This document shows, one piece after another, positions 1 to 10,374 of a stretch of 64,000 nt of DNA (positions are counted from its first letter, which is position 1; each line of letters opens with the position of its first letter). The DNA is from Lama guanicoe (taxonomy: Eukaryota). The position numbers and the translations under genes are program-made. The DNA is taken from assembly GCA_013239625.1 (NCBI GenBank), contig MU053934.1:1395285-1459284 (forward strand). Reading direction: 5' to 3'. The notes under the pieces are model-generated. The model was not told the origin of the DNA. It saw nothing but the letters and a program-made list of their open reading frames with translations, and ran no database searches.

Positions 1-587
1 GAAAAATTCAATGACATATGACCACCCCTGACCAGCCTACCTCTCAGTCCTGCTCCAAACACCCGACCAGAGCCCTCTCTCTTCCTCCTCAGTTCCTTCT
101 TCTCATCTTCAGATATGCTCCACACTGCACTCCAGACTTCTCCCCAACCTCCCCAGCCTTTCTAGAACCTTCTCAAGATATAAATATAAGTTCTTCTTTT
201 ATTCACTGTATCCACTTCAACCCAACCACTCACACCTCAATCCAATTTAATTCAACAGATACTTGCTGAAGTTCCCACTAAGTATCAGATGTGTTTAGTG
301 TGTTTGGGGATAACACAAAATTGTTCTTCTTGACTTGGCTTCTGCCATCCTAATTCTACCCAAGTCATCTTCCTGTGGACCTCAGTGACCTCCTAAATAC
401 CAAATTCAGGACCACAAGCCTCAAATCCATCTTGGAACAAGGCAGGGGAAATATACATACATACATACACACAGGCCAAGGTCAAGGTCTTCCACGATAC
501 CTGGCACTTAATAGGTTTCAATAAGCACACCAGATTGTTTCTTGCTTTTCCTCCTCTTCAATCTCTCTTATGTAAAGTCTACAACCA

Positions 588-739
588 GGGGAAGGGTGTA
601 GCTCAGTGGTAGAGTGCATGCCTAGCATGCATGAGGTCCTGGGTTCAATCCCCAGCCTCCACCAAAATAAAAAAAAATAAACCTAATTTCCTCTCCCCCT
701 AAAAAAAGTTTAAAAAAATTTTTTTAAAAATAAAATGAT
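588..739 (+). mobile_element. tRNA-Ala(AGC)-derived SINE, camelid vic-1-like, in ISX intron
   Basis: A-box TAGCTCAGTGG (599-609), B-box GGTTCAATCC (642-651), AGC anticodon remnant (624-626), A-rich tail, degenerate TSD gtctacaacca (577-587) / gtctatgacca (740-750). Confidence 0.9.
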
Positions 740-1256
740 GTCTATGACCACTTTTTTCTGTCCAAGCCTCTCTTCTCCCATGGTTTCTATGGATATTTGT
801 GTGTCTGAGTTCCTCCTGTCTTAGGTCAAGTTCTCCAAAAATAGACTGAGAGTGATTGGCTGGAGAGTTTACCTGATGTCATGCTGTTCATTCTTTCTTT
901 TAATCCCCGGGACCACATGAAAGTGGTCTACCCGGCTATCAATGGCAGCGCTTCAACTTGGGTCCCCCGCTGGCTGCTGAACTTCTAAATGGTGGAGGGG
1001 CCACAGGCTCACTCCCAGACCCTCCACTCTTCCCCAGACATGCCTCCTGCCTAAGTGATCTCACCCACTCCCCTGACTGCAGAGGCCAATATGTGCCGAT
1101 GATTCCCATATCTGAACCTCAGGCCTGAGACCCCCTTTGAGCTCCAAGCATATAAGCATCTGCCTATTTGATAGTTTGCTTTGAATGGCCAGTAAGCCTC
1201 TCAGACTTAGCACGTCCAGATTGGATACCTGATTTCCCGTCACGCACACGGGCACT

Positions 1257-1814
1257 CAGGCCTGGCTTCACGGGCCCGTGTGTGACCAGTGTAGCTGTAC
1301 AGGGCCCTGCGCTCAGAAGCGGGCCTAGCACTTGGTATTTAAAGCTAAGTCACCATCTTAAAACTGTCAATAATTTCATGTTTGAAACTGTGTTTCGTGA
1401 GTGAATCCAATGGGACCAGGAAGCACGCACCAGAGGCCTGGACCCCCAACTTACACTCAGTTGCCCTCTCACTGACTCCCTGCCTGCCTGGGATGGGCTC
1501 TGGGCCACTGTTGCCCCGCCCCTACCCAGGGACCTCTGCTCCTCAACCCTGTGTGTGTTGCGGGGGCGGGGAGGGCATGGATGTGAGGGGGGTCACGGTC
1601 AGGCACGTGCACGCTGGCGCCAAGTTGAAGGGTGAGCCCTGGAGGACTGAGAGGGTCTACACTCACCCTATTAGTACCCCTGTCCCCGACAGAGCAAGGC
1701 CTTAAGTAGCAAATAAAAACCACCCTGACAGGTCAAGAGAGGGGCTGTGGAAGAAAGGAAAAAGCTTTTTTTCCCTTTTGCACTCGGCCCCACATAGGAT
1801 GCAGTGGGGCCCTG
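1257..1814 (+). mobile_element. hAT-Tip100 DNA transposon remnant, MER45 family
   Basis: Starts caggcctggcttcacggg...cagggccctgcgctcagaag and ends ttttgcactcggccccaca...ggggccctg, matching recalled MER45 termini. Confidence 0.7.
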
Positions 1815-1896
1815 AGTAGACATGAGGCTGGACAGGAGGCTGGAAACAGGCTGTAAGGCACTGACTACTGAGCAGTTCAGTCTTTGCTTTGTAGAC

Positions 1897-2104
1897 CAAA
1901 GTCGGCCAGCTTTGAAAAGGGCTGGATGGGAATTATTTTAGGTTTTGTGGTCTTTTTGCCATTACTCAACTTTACCATTATAGCACGAAAGTGGCCACAG
2001 ACAATCCTTAAACTCATGGGTGGGGCTGTGTTCAGATAAAACTTTATTTATAAGGCAGACAGTAGGCCAGATTTGGCCCCCAGGCTGTGGTTTGCTGTCC
2101 CTTG
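1897..2104 (+). mobile_element. hAT-Charlie MITE, MER58A-like
   Basis: Blocks ttattttaggttttgtgg, actcaact, ggctgtgttcagataaaactttattta, ggccagatttggccc; similar to the copy at 26306-26539. Confidence 0.75.
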
Positions 2105-2360
2105 TGGTGGACAATGGGAACTTGCCTGAAGTCATCTGAGCAGCAGAAAGGACAATCAAAGAAGTTTCTAGAAGGTCATTCTTGGCCACACTGTCCAGGA
2201 TGGAGAAGAGCGGGTCGGCCTAAGGGCAGGGTTTCTAGGAAAGAGAATGTTGTAAAACTCCAAGCCCAAGGAGCCAGGGGACGAGACAAGGCAGCACAAA
2301 AGCTTGGCTGAGATGCTGACACCCAGATCGCTAACCCATCTTGGACCCCCCTCCATCCAG

Positions 2361-2512
2361 AAGAGAGGAAGAGCAAGCGGAGGGTCCGGACCACCTTCAC
2401 CACAGAGCAGCTACATGAGCTGGAGAAGATCTTCCACTTCACCCACTACCCCGACGTCCACATCCGCAACCAGCTGGCAGCCAGGATCAAACTCCCAGAA
2501 GCTCGGGTGCAG
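2361..2512 (+). CDS. ISX: ISX internal coding exon (homeodomain N-terminal arm to helix 3 start): [51 protein letters not shown]
   Basis: Acceptor ctccatccAG (2359-2360), donor CAG|GTacag (2513). 152 nt; first 2 nt complete the upstream codon. Translation is a paired-like homeodomain nearly identical to recalled human ISX. Intron sits at the typical paired-class VQ|IWFQN position. Not in the ORF track because this frame lacks a start codon. Confidence 0.97.
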
Positions 2513-2834
2513 GTACAGCCATCCCCACCCTCAGCCCCCAGCTCCATGGCACCCGGGGCCATCGGTGATATCCCACATATCTGCTCCCTCCAGGGCTGCC
2601 CACTCTGAGGTTTTCCGTTGGCTTTATTCTCTGAATATAGTTATATTGGTCAGATATTACTTTCCAGGAAATGAGGTCATCATAGTTATAAAATAGTTTC
2701 TCCTGTTGGTGGGTGGAAGCAGAGATGGATTGGATGATAACCATTGGTATCTGCTTCCACTCCCTTCTTCTCCACTTGGCTGTAGTCGTTCACCACGTGG
2801 CCTTATTCACAAAATAGGTCTTGACAATCTAGAC

Positions 2835-3154
2835 CAGGGTTCAACAAACTTTTTTCTGTAAAGGGCCAGATGCTAATTATGGTAGGTTTTGTGATGGTCA
2901 TTGTCACAATGATTCAGTTCTGCCCTTGCAGGGTAAAGGCAGCCATGGCTTACAGTCTGTAAACAAATGGGCATGGTGATGTTCCAATAAAACTTTACCG
3001 ATGGACACTAAAATTGGAAATCTGTATAATTGGTATGTGTCACAAAATATTATTCTTGTTTTGATTTTCCCCCCAACCATTTAAAAATGTGCAAACTGTG
3101 TAATCACAGGAGGAAGGTCAGAGTTAGCCGGAGGCCTTAGTTTGTCAACCCTTG
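2835..3154 (+). mobile_element. hAT-Charlie MITE, MER58B-like, in ISX intron
   Basis: cagggttcaacaaact...ctgtaaagggccagat start, ttccaataaaacttta core, tagtttgtcaacccttg end (terminal inverted repeats). Confidence 0.75.
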
Positions 3155-4118
3155 GCCTTGAACTCAGGGGCCCCGGTTGGAGGCAGTACCTTGTCCATCA
3201 CCAGGGGTATACCCTGTCCTCTTACACATCCCCAGTTCTGTAAGTACAGCTCCAGCAAATCTAGATCCAACTGTTACACTGTTGACACTCTCTCTTAAAG
3301 TTTTCTAATCACCCTTCTTTTTTTTTTTTTAAACAAATATGATGGACTCATTGGAATTCAAAATCTGCGCCAGGGTCCAAGTCAACATTCCACCTTTTAT
3401 TTCATCCAAACCTACTTTTCTTCTGGCTAAGGACCGCCCCCTTTTTCTTCCCATCTGAAATCAATCACCAGCTAAGTGGGCAGCACCTGCCTCTGCTGTA
3501 AAGCCCAGAATTCAGCCGCTGCCTCAGCAGAAGGACCAAGTACAAACGGCCACGTGTCAGGGACAACAGGGCACTCACGGACACAGGGAACTGCCAACGT
3601 TCAACCTACAGGTGCCCCCGGGTCCACAGGGTTGCAAACTGGTGGCCTGCCCGCAGGAAAGAGCCCACAGATGGGTTTCATTTGAGCTGCACGGTATTTT
3701 AAATCTCAGAATTTTCACATAAAAATCAAGATTTCTGCCTTAGATATTGGATGAGGCTGCAACGCTGCGCTCACATGTCCACATGGTGACTGTTGGCTGA
3801 GAACTGAGAAGCTGCCCTCTTTAGCCTCTGTTCACCACAGACCCCAGCATGCCCAGAGATCCGACTCCCAGCTGCTTCACCACCACCCCCCCCTCCTCCC
3901 AGGAGCCCTCACAGCCCTGGAGGCATTGAAGGTTGTGATCCGGGGTGGGTCCCTTCTCAAGGCGGGCCGGATGCAAAGAAATCCTGGGGGCCGCGGAGCT
4001 TTCTAAACTGCAAAGGGCCAGTCCCTTGGAAGGCGCTGTTACTATACTTTTCGGGGGGAGGTACTAGATAGAGAAAATCCCTTTTGCTTATCTCCATCCT
4101 CTCTCGCCCTTATCTCAG

Positions 4119-4235
4119 ATCTGGTTCCAAAATCAGCGAGCCAAGTGGAGGAAGCAGGAGAAGACTGGCAGCCTTGGGGCTTCGCAGCAGCTGGGTGAGG
4201 CCGACCTGGCCCCGCCCACAAACCCGGACGTGGCC
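4119..4235 (+). CDS. ISX: ISX internal coding exon (recognition helix): IWFQNQRAKWRKQEKTGSLGASQQLGEADLAPPTNPDVA
   Basis: Polypyrimidine tract and AG at 4117-4118, donor GCC|GTGAGT at 4236. 117 nt, phase 0/0. WFQNQRAKWRK with Q50. Confidence 0.97.
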
Positions 4236-4559
4236 GTGAGTGGCTGAGGCCCCGGGTGGGGGGCGGAGCTTGGGGTGGGCCACTGTCTAGGAACTTCCCA
4301 TCCAGACCCGGAAGTGAGGAAACACCTGGGGAGGGGGCAGGCAGGTGGGGGGGCGGGGTCTGACTGCAGTGAAGTGCAAGGGCGGTTTTTTCAGAAAGAG
4401 GTTTGACATGGATGTTCAGAAAGTCTGCGGGAAGTCGCTGCCTTTCTGTCCCGATGTCCTCATCCACTGAGTAACAATCACAGTACTCTCCCTCCTACCT
4501 GGACCAATTTGAATTACTTGTGCAAAACTTCACAGGGTCACATAATAAAGGGCGGTGCA

Positions 4560-4750
4560 TGGAGGTCGAGCACGTCAGCTCAGGAGTCAGATTGCCCAGG
4601 TTCGAATCCCAGCTCTGCCCTTAGCAGCAGTGCGGCCTGGAAGAGTGACTGCACCCCTCAGAGAAGGGTCATAGCATTGAGGAGGATGAAATTGAAATGC
4701 CGGAGGCTTGAAGAATGCTCGTCACCTAGGAAGTGCTCCCTAAGGATTAG
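4560..4750 (+). mobile_element. MIR SINE in last ISX intron
   Basis: ggagtcagattgcccaggttcgaatcccagctctgcccttagcagcagtgcggcctgg matches the MIR core. Confidence 0.7.
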
Positions 4751-5140
4751 CTGTCCCGAGTCAACACATATTTGGAGTGTGTACAGATGCTAAACCCAGG
4801 GGAGGGAGTGGTACACAAAATAGACAGTCCAGTGGTTAACGTTTGTACATACCTACAGTAACGCTAAGAGGTAGGACTTTTTTTTTAATTTTTTTTTCAT
4901 TTTTTGCCAATGCAGAAACTGGGTTTTGAGAAGCAGAGTGACTTTTCCAAGGCAAACAATTGCTGTAAATGCAGGGCTAGGCACCAGGTTTCATGGCCCC
5001 GCCCAGTCCCCCAGGGCACTTCTCCCCAAGTTGGTCCCCTTACCAATCCTGAGCTGTCGCCAGAAAGGTTTGGAAGCCGCGGGACAGCCCAGAATAAAGC
5101 TGAGGGCTCACATCTCTCTCCTGGCCTTTCCTTGTAACAG

Positions 5141-5428
5141 GGTCCCATGCTGCTCCCCGCTGCACGTCCCAGGCTGGCTCCACCCACTGGGTGCTATCCA
5201 CTGGCCCAAGGTCAGCTGGCCCCTGCCTGGATCCCTGCCCGGTTGGCCCTCCTCCCATTCCACCCATGGGAGGCCCAGCCTCTCCTCGGCCCTGTCAACC
5301 AGCAGACCTGCATCCCTGCTCTCTGCTTTTTTTCCACCTCCGCACCCCAAATGGGGCAGGTTCTGTGCCACCTCCATACGGGAACCAGACATCCTTTCCC
5401 CAGTGGAGCTGCTCTCCTATCCAGGTGA
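5141..5428 (+). CDS. ISX: ISX last coding exon as assembled: GPMLLPAARPRLAPPTGCYPLAQGQLAPAWIPARLALLPFHPWEAQPLLGPVNQQTCIPALCFF, then a frameshifted tail to TGA 5426-5428
   Basis: Acceptor cctttccttgtaacAG (5139-5140), phase 0. Matches recalled ISX C-terminal motifs (RLAPPT, AQxQLAxAW, HPWExQP, QTCIPxLC). The end is uncertain: the conserved PPPHPKWG tail lies in another frame after the T7 run at 5327-5333, and that frame stops at 5487-5489. Confidence 0.85.
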   Translation, partial: GPMLLPAARPRLAPPTGCYPLAQGQLAPAWIPARLALLPFHPWEAQPLLGPVNQQTCIPALCFFSTSAPQMGQVLCHLHTGTRHPFPSGAALLSR

Positions 5429-6249
5429 AGGCAGATGGCCTAGACCTCTGGGGGAATCAACCTCACGATCTTTCAAAGATGACCCATAGCCCAGGAAGCC
5501 ACCCTGTGCATGTCCCTTGGAAGGTTGCATCAGACTCAGCAGCAAGATGACCATTAAAGGAAGCTCTCATCTCTCCTGGCTGGAGTGGCCCTTCTGCTTT
5601 GAACAATAGATGCTGTGTGAGGTCTCAGGATGAGCTCTGGAACGGGGAGGTCATCCTCTTGCACCTGTGCTTCCTCTGACATGCTGTGTGACCTCCAGCT
5701 GGCCATTCAACCTCTCTGGGCCTCATCTATAACACAAGGCAGTCAGATAAGATGACTTCTGAGGGCTCTTCTGGCTCTTACCTTGGTAAGGTGAACCATG
5801 ATGAGAACAGCAGCACAGAGGAGGCCAAGGAGAGCTTGTTTGTTCATTCATTAGTCAGATCTGCTGAGCACTTCGTAAATGGGACTGGCTATTGGCAGAA
5901 ACCACTGAGGCTCTGACCCCAGGAGCTCAGTCCAGATTGGTCGAAGGGATGGTAATGACCTTCCCCTGCAAGCAGAACATTCTCTCAGTGACCTTGCAAG
6001 AGGCCCACGTCTAACACATTCTGTTTGGCTTTGATATTAATGTCCTAAAGAGGGAGAGAAATATAGAAACATTTCTTTTAAAATGTAAACAGAATTTAGT
6101 GTCTTCGGTTATTCTACCGGATTGGGAAGGGATGCTGTGATTTCTGGTTTGAAGGAAGGGTAAGACAGTAAGCTCTTCTGAGAGTTTATCCTCCCAGGAC
6201 TGCAAGGGACCAGCCTCACTCTGTCCTGAAAAGCCTAAGAAAGAAAGAG

Positions 6250-6646
6250 TGGTTTTCTATAAGGAATTGGCTTTCACAGTCATGGAGACCGAGAAGTCCC
6301 GTGACTAGCAGTTGACAAACTGGAGATGGGGACCCTGGGAGAGCAGAGGGTACAAGCTCCAGTGTAAGACCAAAGGCTGGAGGAGACCTGCATCCAGGAT
6401 CAAGGCAATCAGGCTGAGAGAACGAGGCCTCCACCTTTTTGTTGTATTCAGGCCTCCAATGGGTTAGATGAGGCCCGCCCACATGGGCCTGGGGGCAGAG
6501 GGGAGGGCCATCTGCTTTACTCAGTCTAAACTCCAGGGCTAATCTCACCCAGAAACATCTTCACAGTCTCACCCAGAATTATGTCTAACCATATCTCTGG
6601 GCGCCCTGTGGCCCAGTCAGGTTGACACATGAAGTAAACCATCACA
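6250..6646 (-). mobile_element. ERVL solo LTR, MLT2 family
   Basis: Ends ggcccagtcaggttgacacatgaagtaaaccatcaca, the reverse complement of the MLT2 start TGTGATGGTT...TGTGTCAAC; also tataaggaattggct and catctgctttactcagtct blocks. Confidence 0.8.
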
Positions 6647-7419
6647 GTCCCCATCTCCTTTCCCAGTCACATACCCTCCCTCCTCTAGAAACAGGGTTAG
6701 GCCAGGCAGAAGTTCAGGAAACCAGAATGTCAGAAGTTAAAGGGTCACTTTTTTAAAGGTTAAAATCACTCAAATATAAAATGAACAAGTACTCAAGTTT
6801 TATTCAACTCAGTTATTAATGAGGGAGCCAGTAAGCCATCAGAACAGTTCAAAGGAGAATTCAAAGAACAGATGTGCATACAAAGACAATCAGGAGCTGA
6901 AATGAATTACAGATAGAGATTTTAAAAAAAACAAAAAAGGGCCCTCGGTCACAGGGAGGTAAGCAAAGGTATCTCCCTCAGACATAATTCATTTGCATTT
7001 CTATGAACAAGACTCATTTGCATTACTACCAGATTTTTTTTACCATTGAAAGAGCGGAAAAATAGCTCAAAGACAATGAAAGGTGCTGAAATGCTGGAAT
7101 AATGTGCTACACCCAACAATCTTTTCATGCTCATATCAAAGGCTTTCACAATTTTTCCTGACCCAAAGTTATGTAATCTCTCTGAGGATAAGAGGACCTA
7201 CCCTTAGAAGTTAGCTGTGAGATTCTATTAGCTGATCGAGCAAAGTGTTTTGCGTTCAGAATACACTATGAAGTTAGGTAATTATTATTCATTGCTTTTC
7301 AAATCCTCTAGAACTCAAATTAAAAAGTCTGCATCTAGAAAAGTGTTTAGAATTACAGTAACATTTCTTTCAGATTCCTTGAACTTTGATGGTTCAATTT
7401 TTTAAAAGGCTAAACAAGC

Positions 7420-7990
7420 CATAGAAAACAGGCAAAGAACAGAAAAAAGATTCACAGGAAAAACATACAAAAGGGTGCAAAACAGATGAAAATTGTCTCA
7501 ACCTCCTCCATAATTTTAAAACATAAATAAAACAGTAATGAAAGACAATTTTCTTAACTTTCAAACTGACAAATATTTTAAAGTGTTGGTGAGGGGTTGG
7601 TGAAATAGTCACTCACATATATATAAGGAAGTATGAATTAGTAAATCGTTTTGGAAGATATCCTGATGGCTACCAATATTCTAAATACACATCTCTTTGA
7701 CCCACTGATTGTATTGGCAAGAACTTATCTGATAAATCCACATGTTTGTAAATACTGTCTATAAGAATGTTCACCGAGGCGTTGTGACACCAAACACTGG
7801 AAACCACCTAAATAAGACCCTGATTGAATCGTGTCTTCATCTAGATGTTAAAAATAATGAAAGAGACTGAAATATACCTCACGGGAAACTGTCATTAGAC
7901 ACATCATTAAATGGAAAGGCCAAGCTTCAGAACAGCATTATGATCTCATTTGAGTAAGAAAATGATCAAGAGATCCTTATATAGAAAAAC
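7420..7990 (+). mobile_element. Old, heavily decayed L1 (L1ME-type) ORF2 end / 3' UTR fragment
   Basis: A-rich, with degenerate L1 blocks (ctttgacccactgatt, aagaatgttcaccgaggcgttg, aaacactggaaaccacctaaat). Confidence 0.55.
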
Positions 7991-8009
7991 ATCATCAGAA
8001 TATGATGGT

Positions 8010-8472
8010 TTCTGCACACGTTAACTTTTACTCCATAACAAATCACACCAAAACTTAGTTGCCTGACACAATGGTTTCTTCGGCTCACGGCTCAGGCTTG
8101 ACTGGGCTCTTGGTCTCGGCTGGGCTGACTCGGCTAATCTTGGCTGGACTTGCTCATGTGTCTGTGGTCAGGGTGGCCTCTGGGTCATCTAGGATGGCCT
8201 CCCTCACAGACAGGCTGGGGTTTGGCAGGCTGTTAGCTGAAATGACAGGGTGACTGGGCTACACGATTCTTTCTCAGAGTGGCCATGATTCCAAGGGTAC
8301 AAGGGCTCTTGTCATTTGGGTTCAGAATTCACTTGTCACTTCCGCTGCCTCCACTGGTCAAAGCAAGTCACAAGGCCAGCCCAGATTCAAGGGGTAGGAA
8401 AAAGAGAGTCCTCCTCTTGACTGGACAGGAAGAGCTTCAGAGTGTGTGGCCATATTTATAATCTACCTTACA
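8010..8472 (-). mobile_element. MaLR LTR remnant (old MLT1 subfamily)
   Basis: cataacaaatcacaccaaaacttagt and cactggtcaaagcaagtcacaaggccagcccagattcaagggg blocks. Confidence 0.7.
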
Positions 8473-8489
8473 CCCAGATGAACATCTCA

Positions 8490-9390
8490 TCAAGATTTCT
8501 TCCCTGAATTCTCTCAGTACCTCCACTTGAATGTTGAATAGTCATCTACAACTTGACACATCTCAAACCAAACTCTGTTTCCTCCCCACCCATCCTGCAT
8601 CTTCCTCAGCCTTCCTCCTCTCAGCACACAGCAACACCTTTCTTCTAGATGCTCAGGCTTAAGTCCTCCCAGGTCTCTTGATATCTTTGCTAACCAAGCA
8701 GCAAATCCAGCATCCAAGTCTACCTCCTTGATGCCGGCCACGATCATCTCCCCACTGTCTCCTGCAACTACCTGGCCCCTTCTGGGCTCTATTCTGCACT
8801 CTGCAGCCAGAGAGACGCTGGGAGAACGTGAGTCAGATCATGACTCAGACCCTCAAGTTCTTCTCTGTTTAATGTGGAATAAAGTCAAAATCTTCCCTGT
8901 GGCCAACATGGAAGGTTCTGTGGCTCTCACCACTTCACCAGTACTCCCTGCTCCGGCTTCACTGGCCTCCTACCCGCTGCAGCTGCAAGGTGCCAAATAC
9001 AATCGTGCCCCAGGGCTTTTGCACTTCCTGTCACTCTGCCTGAAGCATCCTTTTCTAGCTGCTTACCTGGATCACTCCCTCACTCCCACCAGGTCTCCAC
9101 TCAAATAGAAGTCACAGAGCCACCCTCAGAGCAGAACATCCCATCTAAAACAGCACACACACATACATCCTGTCATTCCCTTCCCCTTATCCTATTGTTT
9201 AATTTTTATACTACTTATCAACACCTGACATATTATGCATTCATTTATTTATTGTCTATTTCCCAACAGTAGAATGCAAGTTCCATGAAGTTCATGGATC
9301 TGATTTGATTTGTACACTCTTATCTTCCCAAAGCAGCGAACAAAACAGGGCCTGCTGAATAGTAGGCACTCAATATTTGTTATATGTGAG
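8490..9390 (+). mobile_element. L2 LINE 3' fragment
   Basis: ctccacttgaatg...acatctcaaaccaaactc, gccccagggcttttgcacttcctg, tagaatgcaagttccatgaag, terminal tagtaggcactcaatatttgtt. Confidence 0.8.
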
Positions 9391-10334
9391 TATGCATGTG
9401 CACACACACAATCTGTATATGCCTAGGAAGTTCCTAGACAGCGACTTCCCAGGGTGACAAGGTCAGAAAGCACAGAGCTGAGTCTTGAATGCAAGCCTTT
9501 TGAATCCAGAACCATGACTCTATCTCCTTTGCCCTGATTTCTCTGAAAACCAGGCTGGGAGCCAAGAGCAACCAAATACACAAATTGTCTTTCTTGGACA
9601 CAGGGGAGGAGAAGCACTCGATTAAAAGATAACAAGCCCCAAAAGATGGAGATGGTGAGTGGCAGGTCACCTGCCTCTCCCTCTTTCTCCCCTCCCGGGT
9701 CGCAGGTCACACTTAACCTCTTCCATAGCAGGTCTCTGGGTGCTCTTTATTCACACTTTCATAGTATAAAGGAACTCAGGAAGCCTGAGTTCTGGTCCCA
9801 TCCCCATCAGGCGTGGCAGTGACCAATTTGCTCTCCGTCTGCAACTCAGCTTCCTTGTCTGTAAAATAACATTCGTCAAGATGGTTCCTGGGGCCTCTTC
9901 CACTTCTGAGAGTCTTTGTTCCTCAGAAAGCCAGGATCTGAGCCCAAATCATCGCCTGAGTTCCCAGGAGACACTGACTCACTTCCTCTCTGGTCCTCAG
10001 GGTCCTGGTCGGAAACTGGTTCAAATAAGCCCTGACCTTTTTCCCCGGAAAGGTGGAGATCAGGGTTAATAAGGGTGTTCACCATGAGCCTCAGGCTCCT
10101 CAAAGGAAGGTTCCAAATGAATGGTATTACTTACTAATCTTTCTCTGGGGTCACGGCTAACAGAATGGTCCCCCTCAGGGCTGAGTCACTCCAGCTAATT
10201 GGTTCCTTGATCTGGAGTTAGATGCAGTGAACTAGCAGAAGGAACTCACCTCTTCAACCAAAGGACTTTTCTACTTCTTATAGCAGAGTCCTGCTGTGTG
10301 GCATCTTGAGAAGCTGTGAGTCTATGGATGTGCA

Positions 10335-10374
10335 TGTGCGTGTGTGTGTGTGTGTGCGTCTGTGCGCGCGCGCA
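10335..10374. repeat. (TG)n/(CG)n alternating purine-pyrimidine tract
   Basis: tgtgtgtgtgtgtgtgcgtctgtgcgcgcgcgca read directly. Confidence 0.9.

Noticed and set aside
588..662. tRNA-Ala gene (also at 18110 and 20720)
   Set aside because: A-rich tails, TSDs, truncation and broken stems show these are tRNA-derived SINEs.
2304..2696. 130-aa ORF over the homeobox exon
   Set aside because: Wrong frame; the real homeodomain is in a different frame bounded by splice sites.
2361..5428. Calling ISX a pseudogene
   Set aside because: Homeodomain and splice sites are intact; the only lesion is near the end of the last exon and may be a homopolymer error.
4926..5489. 187-aa ORF as an independent gene
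   Set aside because: Starts in an intron; only its PPPHPKWG segment is meaningful, as the shifted ISX tail.
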